Shown here: one piece after another, positions 8,812 through 16,319 of the stretch
Position numbering within the stretch: the stretch's first letter is position 1
Layout of the letters: each line of letters begins with the position of its first letter
Origin: Marine Group I thaumarchaeote
GTDB lineage: Archaea > Thermoproteota > Nitrososphaeria > Nitrososphaerales > Nitrosopumilaceae
Direction of reading: 5' to 3'
DNA length: 27,106 nucleotides
NCBI GenBank assembly: GCA_044358425.1
Contig: CP054849.1
Span: forward strand, 745,399 to 772,504
The notes under the pieces: model-generated
Databases searched by the model: none
Told to the model about the DNA's origin: nothing
The model's input: only the letters and a program-made list of their open reading frames with translations
Position numbers and translations under genes: made by a program

Positions 8812-9042
8812 TTACAAGCCTTGCAAATACCAATCATAGTAAGGTAAAAGCAATTTACATTGTTTTTTCTTTTCGGATTCAGATGAAAGTTCAACAATTT
8901 TTTTGATCTTGCCTTTAAGGTATTCAACAGTCAAATCACTCTTGAATTCAAGCATAATTTGTTCCAAAATTTCTAAAAATTCATCAGATGAAGTGCCTTC
9001 AAAATCATTTACAATATTTCGTACTTTAATCTCTAAGGACAT
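8812..9042 (-). CDS. Hypothetical protein
   Basis: 76 aa ORF in a minus-strand run downstream of EF-2. Confidence 0.7.
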   Translation of the reverse strand: MSLEIKVRNIVNDFEGTSSDEFLEILEQIMLEFKSDLTVEYLKGKIKKIVELSSESEKKKQCKLLLPYYDWYLQGL

Positions 9043-9057
9043 ATCAATTCATTATTT

Positions 9058-9297
9058 TTATTTAGATAATTTAAACAAATCTTCATCATCCCAAGTTAAT
9101 CTAAATTTTCCAGTTACTCGAAACATATTGATTTTACCCCCATCCTTAAAAATTAGTTTATAGCTTTTATGAGATGTATCTTCAATCTCTAATGAAACAT
9201 TATCTTTCTTTGTTTGAAAAACTATAGGATTATTAGAAATTTGATTCCAGTCCTCATCATCAAAATCCATATAGAATTTTGTATATAGTAATCCCAT
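9058..9297 (-). CDS. Hypothetical protein
   Basis: 79 aa ORF with beta-strand-like pattern. Confidence 0.7.
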   Translation of the reverse strand: MGLLYTKFYMDFDDEDWNQISNNPIVFQTKKDNVSLEIEDTSHKSYKLIFKDGGKINMFRVTGKFRLTWDDEDLFKLSK

Positions 9298-9343
9298 GAA
9301 ATAGGTTAGAAACTACCTGAATAAAAACTAGATAAAATCAATT

Positions 9344-9919
9344 TTAAGAGTCATATTGTGAAACATTAACCTGATGGTAACTAACAATTGTTGGAAAGAT
9401 TTGCTCGTAATCAACATCATTTTTAATAATTTTAAAAAGTTGTGAAATTAATTGTTGGATCATCAAGTGTTCATCACGATACAATGTCTTTTTGGGATTT
9501 TTGATAGAATCTAGAATTGTAAATCCAGTATCAGTCTGGAGTAAGATTTTCAAAAACATAGTCCCAATGAGAATTTTTTCATCAATATCCTTGTGCGGAA
9601 ATGACACATCCAAATTTTTTATTTTCAATTTGATATCATGAAATGCTTTGTTTGTATTTTGTTCCAATCGTTGTTGAGATTTTTCCTTATAATTTGGTGT
9701 AGGAACGTAAAATTTCATATTTCCTTTCTTTTTCACAAATATGATTTCTTTTTCAATTAATGAATTGCGTGCATTTTCAAAAGTATTTTTGGCCATATAT
9801 TGAGGGACAATGAGTTTTATCAATCCGTTATGATGTAAATCAGGATTATTTTTTATTGATTGTAAAATAATTCTTTCACGCTCATAGATCTTTATGTTAG
9901 GCTTCAATTGACTCATCAT
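9344..9919 (-). CDS. N-terminal wHTH plus helical domain protein
   Basis: RERIILQSIKNNPDLHHNGLIK...TFENARNSLIEKEII..KKKGNMKFY; same size and layout as 5183..5761. Confidence 0.75.
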   Translation of the reverse strand: MMSQLKPNIKIYERERIILQSIKNNPDLHHNGLIKLIVPQYMAKNTFENARNSLIEKEIIFVKKKGNMKFYVPTPNYKEKSQQRLEQNTNKAFHDIKLKIKNLDVSFPHKDIDEKILIGTMFLKILLQTDTGFTILDSIKNPKKTLYRDEHLMIQQLISQLFKIIKNDVDYEQIFPTIVSYHQVNVSQYDS

Positions 9920-9948
9920 ATTTAGGTCGACCTATATTAAATGAGTCA
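9909..9948. promoter_or_regulatory. 40-bp nested dyad, putative operator
   Basis: TGACTCAT-N6-TAGGTCGACCTA-N6-ATGAGTCA; both arm pairs are centred at 9928.5 and cover the start of the wHTH gene. Confidence 0.6.
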
Positions 9949-9980
9949 TCTATTAAGGTTTTTCATTAAAATTTTAAAAA

Positions 9981-10127
9981 TTAACGGAATAATTCTAACT
10001 CTTCTAGAATTTTATTCATATCATGTTTCCAACGTCTCATTTTATCGATATCATGAGGTCGATTATCTTCCAAATCCTTTTTCTTTTTTAGCAATTCATC
10101 ATATCTATGATTATCTACTCGAACCAT
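9981..10127 (-). CDS. 48 aa microprotein (not in the ORF track)
   Basis: MVRVDNHRYDELLKKKKDLEDNRPHDIDKMRRWKHDMNKILEELELFR; starts 25 bp after the EF-2 stop and fills the gap. Confidence 0.7.
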   Translation of the reverse strand: MVRVDNHRYDELLKKKKDLEDNRPHDIDKMRRWKHDMNKILEELELFR

Positions 10128-10152
10128 ATAGAGAAATTAAAAACTAATGATA

Positions 10153-12345
10153 TTATTCTTTATCAATAAACTCGTTAACACCTGGTGGCTCAGGGGCTAA
10201 TCCTTTTCTCTTTCGAATATCCTCTACAGCTGTTTTTAGCATGGATTTTGGAACTTCAGTCCATTCTTTAAAAGAAGTATTCCATGTTGCACGTCCTGCA
10301 GTTTGACCTCTCATAGCTTCAGATAAAGTAAAAGTTTCAGAAGCAGGTAATTCACCAATAACAATACTTGATGCACCTTTTTGTTGCATGTCTAAGACTT
10401 TACCACGTTTACCAGAAAGTATAGTTGCAACGTTTCCTACCAAATCAGTCGGTACACGAACTTCAATTGCAAGAGTTGGTTCTAAAACAGCAGTACCTGC
10501 AGTTAACAATGAACCCATACATGCTCTACGTGATGCAGGACCTAGTTGAGATAAACCTCTGTGAGCTGTATCTTCATGAGGTACAAAGTGAGTAAAAATG
10601 AATTTACAATCCCTCATTTGTTCTTTACAAAGTGGGCCTTCTTTCATTACTTCATCAAATCCAGAATTAATTGAGTCAGTAGATTCTTGTACAAATTGAA
10701 CACCTTTTGTTCCATTAATCAAAACATTACCACGAGAATCAAACTTCATAACTCTCTTAATTGTATCAGTATCCCAACCTGCACCTTTCAATAAATCAGC
10801 AACTACTTTCTTATCTTTCATATCACTAATTTCACCAGTTCTTAGCATGTGAGCAATTTCAGGCTCCAATGGTTCAACTTTCATGAAAATTTTATTGTGT
10901 CTATTTGGAGATTTTGCCATGATTGGTTCACAAGCAGCTTTAACAGTTTCTCTATAGTTAATCAAAGGTTCAGATGTAATGATTTCACATTTTGCATCTT
11001 GAATTCTATGTGTTGCAACATCCAAGTGTAATACACCCATTCCAGCAACAATAGTTTCACCACTTTCTTCATCAATTTTTACAATCAAATTTGGATCCTC
11101 AATTGTGAGTTGTCTCAAAATTTCTACAAGTTTAGGTAAATCTTTAGGATGTTTTGGTTCAATTGCAATTTGAACAACAGGTTCTGAAACATATTTCACC
11201 CCTTCAAACATTGGAATATCTTTAACAGATGATAATGTATTACCAGCACGGCATTCAGTTAAACCCAATAAAGCAGGAATATTTCCAGCTCCCAATTCAC
11301 CAACTTGTTCTCTTTGATTACCCATAAAGAAATTAACAGATTGAACTCTACCGTCTCTTTTCTCATCAATAATGTGAAGTGTTTGTCCATCTTTGATAGT
11401 TCCAGAAAATAATCGTCCAATTGCAACAGGACCTGCTGCAGGGTCTAACACCATATTGACAACCATCATAATTGTTGGTCCATCATCTTCACCGGCAAGT
11501 AATGCCTTACCAACATCAGATTCTAAATCACCTTTCCAAATTTGAGGGATTCTATATTTGATAGCGTCTTTTGGTGCAGGATGATGCTTTACAACCATTC
11601 CAAGTACTGCATCTGCCAAAGGTGCTTTTTCTACAAGTTCAGGAAGTTTTTCAGCAGTATAAGCATCAATTACATCTTTGAATGTTATTCCTCTTTCTTT
11701 CATTAAATCAGTGTTAATTGCCCATCTATCTTTAGCAGAGCCAAATGTTACACTTGCATCCTGAATTGATACTTTCCATTTTTCTTTGTATTCAGGTTCA
11801 GCATAAGTATCAACTAATTGATTGAAAGTAGAAACAACTTCTGCAAGTTGGGCTTGCATTTTTTCTGGAGTTAATCTCAATTCTTTGATTAATCTATCCA
11901 CTTTATTGATAAACAAAACAGGTCGGACTCTTTCTTCAAGTGCCATTCTTGTTACAGTTTCAGTTTGAGTCATAATACCTTCAACTGCATCACATACAAC
12001 AACTGCACCATCAATTGCTCTAAGACTTCGAATAACCCTTCCACTGAAATCAACGTGGCCAGGAGTATCAATCATGTTAATGACATAATCATTGTCGTTT
12101 TGAGAATAAAGCAAAGTAACATTAGCTTGGTAAATTGTAATTCCTCTTTCTTGTTCTTCTTTGTCAAAGTCCATTGCAAGTGCTTTTCCAGCAGCTGAGG
12201 GGGCAATAATTCCAGAATAAGCTAACAGACTATCACTCATAGTTGTCTTTCCATGGTCAACGTGTGCAATTACACCAAAATTACGAATATTTTGTTTATT
12301 CTTGATAATTTTCATTACTTCTTGTGTTGACTTGAATTTTGCCAT
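10153..12345 (-). CDS. fusA: Archaeal elongation factor 2
   Basis: AHVDHGKTT, RGITI, DTPGHVDF, NKVD; diphthamide loop HEDTAHRG; 730 aa. Confidence 0.99.
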   Translation of the reverse strand: MAKFKSTQEVMKIIKNKQNIRNFGVIAHVDHGKTTMSDSLLAYSGIIAPSAAGKALAMDFDKEEQERGITIYQANVTLLYSQNDNDYVINMIDTPGHVDFSGRVIRSLRAIDGAVVVCDAVEGIMTQTETVTRMALEERVRPVLFINKVDRLIKELRLTPEKMQAQLAEVVSTFNQLVDTYAEPEYKEKWKVSIQDASVTFGSAKDRWAINTDLMKERGITFKDVIDAYTAEKLPELVEKAPLADAVLGMVVKHHPAPKDAIKYRIPQIWKGDLESDVGKALLAGEDDGPTIMMVVNMVLDPAAGPVAIGRLFSGTIKDGQTLHIIDEKRDGRVQSVNFFMGNQREQVGELGAGNIPALLGLTECRAGNTLSSVKDIPMFEGVKYVSEPVVQIAIEPKHPKDLPKLVEILRQLTIEDPNLIVKIDEESGETIVAGMGVLHLDVATHRIQDAKCEIITSEPLINYRETVKAACEPIMAKSPNRHNKIFMKVEPLEPEIAHMLRTGEISDMKDKKVVADLLKGAGWDTDTIKRVMKFDSRGNVLINGTKGVQFVQESTDSINSGFDEVMKEGPLCKEQMRDCKFIFTHFVPHEDTAHRGLSQLGPASRRACMGSLLTAGTAVLEPTLAIEVRVPTDLVGNVATILSGKRGKVLDMQQKGASSIVIGELPASETFTLSEAMRGQTAGRATWNTSFKEWTEVPKSMLKTAVEDIRKRKGLAPEPPGVNEFIDKE

Positions 12346-12524
12346 AATGCGAAAACCAGTCGAGCATTATATAATGTATGTGATATTTAGTCATGAAATT
12401 AAATTGTTAATTTTTTTAATCTTACAGAATTTAGAATTTTAAAAAAATCTACAAAAATGATCGTCGCTAATTAAACCAGAATAGAATGATTTGGATTTTT
12501 ATTACGACCCTTAAAAAAACAAGT

Positions 12525-13352
12525 ATGGAAATTTCAGTAGGACATACTCCAGATTCTGATGATGCATTCATGTTTTATGGAATGTTTACTGACAAAGTCC
12601 CATCACCAGATTTTACTGTAAATCATGTGATCGAAGATATAGAAAATTTGAATCTCAAGGCAACAAATCCAGAATTAGATGTAACTGCAGTTTCAGTACA
12701 TGCATGCGCATACATCCCAGGGTATACAATTCTAAGAAGTGGCGGAAGTTTTGGGATTAATTATGGTCCGATAGTTACAGCAAAAAAACAAATGACAATT
12801 GAAGAATTAAAAAAATGTAAAATTGCAATTCCAGGAAAAATGACATCAGCATTTTTGCTACTACAATTAATGATAGGAAAATTTGACTATGTTGAAATGA
12901 ATTTCAGCGACATTCCAAAAGCAGTAGAATCAGGAGAAGTGGATGTAGGATTAGTAATTCATGAAACTCAATTATCATATGAACAGGAAGGAAATGTAAA
13001 AATTTTAGATGTTGGAGAATGGTGGGATAAAACCACAAATGGGTTACCAGTTCCATTAGGTATCAATGTAATGAGAACCGATTTAGGAATGGATACAATT
13101 GTTAAATTTGACAAATATTTACAAGCATCAATTGAATTTGGAATAAAGAATTTTGATGATGCTTTAGAATATGCAATGCAATATTCAAGAGGAAAAGAAC
13201 GCTCTTTAATTGAAAAATTTGTGAAAATGTACGTAAACCCAGTAACTGTGAACATGGGAGATCCTGGAGAACAAGCAATTAGAAAATTATTTGAGATGGC
13301 AAAAGAAAAAGGATTAGTTCCAGATTTTGAAATTAGTATTGCCACCAAGTAA
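12525..13352 (+). CDS. mqnD: 1,4-dihydroxy-6-naphthoate synthase (track start 12486; ATG 12525 more likely)
   Basis: GHTPDSDDAFMFY, DIENLN, YGPIV, IAIPGKMTSA, GLVIHE, LPVPLG, MYVN. Confidence 0.92.
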   Translation: MEISVGHTPDSDDAFMFYGMFTDKVPSPDFTVNHVIEDIENLNLKATNPELDVTAVSVHACAYIPGYTILRSGGSFGINYGPIVTAKKQMTIEELKKCKIAIPGKMTSAFLLLQLMIGKFDYVEMNFSDIPKAVESGEVDVGLVIHETQLSYEQEGNVKILDVGEWWDKTTNGLPVPLGINVMRTDLGMDTIVKFDKYLQASIEFGIKNFDDALEYAMQYSRGKERSLIEKFVKMYVNPVTVNMGDPGEQAIRKLFEMAKEKGLVPDFEISIATK

Positions 13353-13378
13353 TTATAGAACAAAAAAATTATTCAATT

Positions 13379-13687
13379 ATGTCTGATGAACTTGATGGTG
13401 ACGGTATTGGTGGAGCAGTTTTAGAAGTTTTAACAGGTAATGCATTTAGGTTATTGGTAAGTCACACTAGAAAAGACAACAAAGGAGATTATGGAAAAAC
13501 TGAAAAAATCATAATGGGGTTAATCAAAGAAGAAGAACAAGTACAACGTCCAGAACAAACAAAAGAAGATTTGGAACGCGCATTAATTGGAAAATTTGTT
13601 ACATGTAAAGTTCAATACAGAGATTCAAAAACAGATGCACTAGTATGTAATGTATTTGTTCAAAAGCCACCAGAAGGTTCAGTGTAA
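13379..13687 (+). CDS. Hypothetical protein, possibly a degenerate SNase-like OB fold
   Basis: GAVLEVLTGNAFRL...KEDLERALIGKFV...RD...LVCNVFV follows thermonuclease spacing. Confidence 0.6.
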   Translation: MSDELDGDGIGGAVLEVLTGNAFRLLVSHTRKDNKGDYGKTEKIIMGLIKEEEQVQRPEQTKEDLERALIGKFVTCKVQYRDSKTDALVCNVFVQKPPEGSV

Positions 13688-13740
13688 TTTTAAAAATAAA
13701 ACATAGATAAGAAATATTTAGTTGAAATTTAACAATTATT

Positions 13741-13812
13741 TGCTGATGATTATGTCAACGGGTTCTCTCTGATTTTCCTCAAAACTGATGAATATTGCCG
13801 AATTATGAAGCA
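13741..13812 (+). ncRNA. Box C/D-like guide sRNA, copy 2
   Basis: C TGATGA 13744-13749, D' CTGA 13769-13772, TTTT-cctc-AAAA internal hairpin, C' TGATGA 13786-13791, D variant ATGA 13805-13808, terminal TGCT/AGCA stem; AT-rich TATA-like stretch about 25 bp upstream. Confidence 0.85.
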
Positions 13813-13817
13813 CGAAA

Positions 13818-14174
13818 TTAATACAGTTCAATGAAATTTGCAAGAATAATTGTCATAGTACCATAGACTATCAACGATAAAGCAGCAAGGAAACATCCCC
13901 AGTTTACTGCCTTTTCATATTTGAAACCACTTCTATAATCAAGGAAAATTCCTCGCAGGCCATTAAAGCCATGAACAGATACCAAAATTAGAATTAATTC
14001 TAACAGTATGGCATAAGTTAAGTTCTGATAATTTGAAACTACAAATTCATAAGACAAGGAAGATGCAAAATGTCCTGTTGAAAATCTTACCGAAATATGT
14101 AATGCAACTAATCCAATGGCGCCCAAGGCAGTACCATAATGAATTTTCCTAATGTGACTCTCTCTAATCCTCAA
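13818..14174 (-). CDS. sdhD: Succinate dehydrogenase-type membrane anchor (SdhD-like)
   Basis: Three TM segments; HYGT, ALHI, HGFNGLRGIFLDY. Confidence 0.8.
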   Translation of the reverse strand: MRIRESHIRKIHYGTALGAIGLVALHISVRFSTGHFASSLSYEFVVSNYQNLTYAILLELILILVSVHGFNGLRGIFLDYRSGFKYEKAVNWGCFLAALSLIVYGTMTIILANFIELY

Positions 14175-14596
14175 AATTCAAAAAACACATCCAGTGCATA
14201 GTATAATGCTAATGCTGAAACACCCATAGTGACATAGATACATAATCTATTTTTTTTACCCATTGATTGAATTTGATATGGATAATCAGGTCTAGTTGGA
14301 GTTCCAATTCCAAGTCCACCTTGTTGAAACATTAATCTAATTCCATTAATTGCATGAAACGAACCTAAAGCAATCATCACAGACAATACAACAAAACCAG
14401 TAGGCGAGTATGTCAAAAACAACATTTGTCCCCAAGACATACGATCAAGAATAGTTGCAGCATGAATTACATGTACAACAAAAAACACCAATAGGTAAAT
14501 TCCAGAAATTCGCATAAGTAACCAAGAAACTCTACTTATCCCATAACCTCTAGGGTTAAACCATGAACGAATGCCTTTCTTATTTTCTTTGTTCAG
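14171..14596 (-). CDS. sdhC: Succinate dehydrogenase-type cytochrome b subunit (SdhC-like); probable CTG start at 14596 (track start 14515)
   Basis: MRISG, VVHVIH, FHAINGIRLMF; the frame stays open upstream (NKENKKGIRSWFNPRGYGISRVSWLL). Confidence 0.8.
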   Translation of the reverse strand: MNKENKKGIRSWFNPRGYGISRVSWLLMRISGIYLLVFFVVHVIHAATILDRMSWGQMLFLTYSPTGFVVLSVMIALGSFHAINGIRLMFQQGGLGIGTPTRPDYPYQIQSMGKKNRLCIYVTMGVSALALYYALDVFFEF

Positions 14597-14688
14597 ACCT
14601 TTACTAAATTTACACAGTATATAGTATCAAATTACTTGACTTTGCTGGTGCCAAAAATCATATAATACAGGTAAAGAGAACAAGGGTT

Positions 14689-14946
14689 ATGACAGATGAT
14701 GTATGCGATTTTTGCAAAGGAGCTGGTTCAAGTTCAACAAATGTATGCGTATATTGTAATGGAACAGGAGAATGGAATCAAGCTGCCCAATCATATGTAA
14801 AAAATCACATTTGTCAATGTATTGTATTGGACAGAAAATTTTGTCCTGTATGCAACAAACCATGTCATCACGATACAAGTCTAAATCCAAAGCAAACAAT
14901 TGATTCAGGACATGGTGGAATGTCAGTGCCTGAAATTCCAATGTAA
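14689..14946 (+). CDS. Cys/His-rich Zn-finger protein with DnaJ-type CxxCxGxG repeats
   Basis: CDFCKGAG, CVYCNGTG, then HICQC, CPVC, CHH. Confidence 0.8.
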   Translation: MTDDVCDFCKGAGSSSTNVCVYCNGTGEWNQAAQSYVKNHICQCIVLDRKFCPVCNKPCHHDTSLNPKQTIDSGHGGMSVPEIPM

Positions 14947-15044
14947 GAAAATAATTATCAGAATTTTAAATAATTAAAAATCACTAAAATCGGTTAATTT
15001 TACAATGGTTTAATTACGACACCATTTGATTAAAGCTAGAAAAC

Positions 15045-15362
15045 ATGTCATACAATAGAGAAGATAGACAAATGTTTGATGCAAAATGCGGTGATTGTGG
15101 TACCGATTGTCAAGTACCATTTCAACCAAAAGAAGATAGACCTGTATATTGCAGAGAATGTTTCCAAAATCACAAACCAGCACCAAGAAATAGAGACAGA
15201 TTTGGTGGCAGACAAGGTGGAAGATTTGGTAGAAGAGATGATAGACCACGAGAAATGCATGATGCAAAATGCGGTGATTGTGGAAATGATTGTCAAGTAC
15301 CATTTCAACCAAAAGAAGACAGACCTGTATATTGCAGAGAATGTTTCCAAAATCACAGATAA
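15045..15362 (+). CDS. Tandem CxxC-x17-CxxC domain protein with Arg/Gly-rich linker
   Basis: Two copies of CGDCG.DCQVPFQPKEDRPVYCRECF; linker RDRFGGRQGGRFGRR. Confidence 0.9.
   Translation: MSYNREDRQMFDAKCGDCGTDCQVPFQPKEDRPVYCRECFQNHKPAPRNRDRFGGRQGGRFGRRDDRPREMHDAKCGDCGNDCQVPFQPKEDRPVYCRECFQNHR
15077..15357 (+). repeat. Intragenic 98-bp direct repeat (15077-15174, 15260-15357)
   Basis: 4 mismatches in 98 bp by manual alignment; offset 183 bp (in frame). Confidence 0.95.
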
Positions 15363-15517
15363 CATAAACAAATTGTTTTGAGAAAAACACTCAAAACTTT
15401 GTAACTTTTATTAAATTTTCAAAAAAACAACTTTGCGGCATAATAAAAAATTTGTAATTAAATAGATCGAAAAAAAATTGATTCCCTAATATATGATGAA
15501 ATTTAATTAATCATAGA

Positions 15518-15799
15518 ATGGTTCTTGTAAATAAAAAAATGTTAGCAGGAGGAATGGCAATGGTAATTGTTGGATTAGCGTTGACTATTAACATCAATGC
15601 AGCAGTTCCGGTAGGTCAAGCAGGAATGACTGAAGAAGAAAAACTGGATTTGATGTTAGCAGAACAAGAAAATGAAGATTACAATACATTGGCAGGGATT
15701 TTATTCGGATTAGGGTTTTTACTAGTGTTGATTAGTTTTGGTGCTCGAAGAAAGAAAGGCAGTAAACCAACAAAGAATGTTGAAAAAAAAGTGGAATAA
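15518..15799 (+). CDS. Small two-TM membrane protein with basic tail
   Basis: Two hydrophobic segments, acidic loop, RRKK tail. Confidence 0.8.
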   Translation: MVLVNKKMLAGGMAMVIVGLALTININAAVPVGQAGMTEEEKLDLMLAEQENEDYNTLAGILFGLGFLLVLISFGARRKKGSKPTKNVEKKVE

Positions 15800-15825
15800 G
15801 ATTCATTTTCCGTTTATTTTATACA

Positions 15826-15960
15826 GTACAACATCTTCTGAGATGTACGTTTGATTCCAAAATCGCGTTAACCAATTCGGGTTAACAAAACGTGGTAAAT
15901 GTAGAACGGAACTCTCCAATCTACATGAGGTTGGTTGAGACTCTTCATCTCACCAATCTC
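15826..15960. ncRNA. Candidate structured non-coding RNA (four tandem hairpins), family unknown
   Basis: Stems ACATCT/AGATGT, GTTAACC/GGTTAAC, ATGTAGA/TCTACAT, GAGGTTGGT/ACCAATCTC; about 41% GC by hand count; no convincing ORF. Confidence 0.55.
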
Positions 15961-15995
15961 ACTATTCAGAAAATTATTAAACATTTTAAGTCAAA

Positions 15996-16319
15996 ATGAA
16001 TTTGAAACAAGTAATGATTCAAGCAGAAATTAGCATATACCCATTAGCAACAAAGACAACTAGTGTGAGTTTTTACATTGCTAAATCAATCGAATCAATA
16101 AAAAATATAGAAAATTTAAGATACGAAATTAATTCGATGGGAACAATTTTAGAATCAGATGACATAGATATAATCAACAAAGCATCTAAAAGCATGATAG
16201 AAACAATTCATCATTTGGGAATTAATAGAGTAGAAGTAATTTTAAAAATAGATTCACGTAAAGACAAGCAGGTAAAAATGGAAGAAAAAATTGAATCAAT
16301 AAAAAAACAAATGGATTAA
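15996..16319 (+). CDS. Thiamine-binding protein family (MTH1187/YkoF-like); start may be ATG 16014
   Basis: AEISIYPL, SVSFYIA, YEINSMGTILE, RVEVILKIDSRKDK, MEEKIESI. Confidence 0.9.
   Translation: MNLKQVMIQAEISIYPLATKTTSVSFYIAKSIESIKNIENLRYEINSMGTILESDDIDIINKASKSMIETIHHLGINRVEVILKIDSRKDKQVKMEEKIESIKKQMD

Noticed and set aside
4609-10127. Provirus or integrated element
   Set aside because: No integrase, capsid, packaging ATPase, replication gene or flanking direct repeat seen.
1057-13812. CRISPR or TIGR-type array reading of the two repeated C/D elements
   Set aside because: Only two copies, 12.7 kb apart and not tandem; no cas or Nop-domain gene in the window.
15838-15870. TPP riboswitch call
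   Set aside because: CTGAGA is present, but the ACCTGAT and GCGTAGG core elements and the P1-P5 pairing could not be built.
15874-15880. AATTCGG in hairpin H2 is complementary to the shared C/D D guide
   Set aside because: Only 7 nt; an 8-nt match also occurs near 26725 antisense to meaB, so chance suffices.
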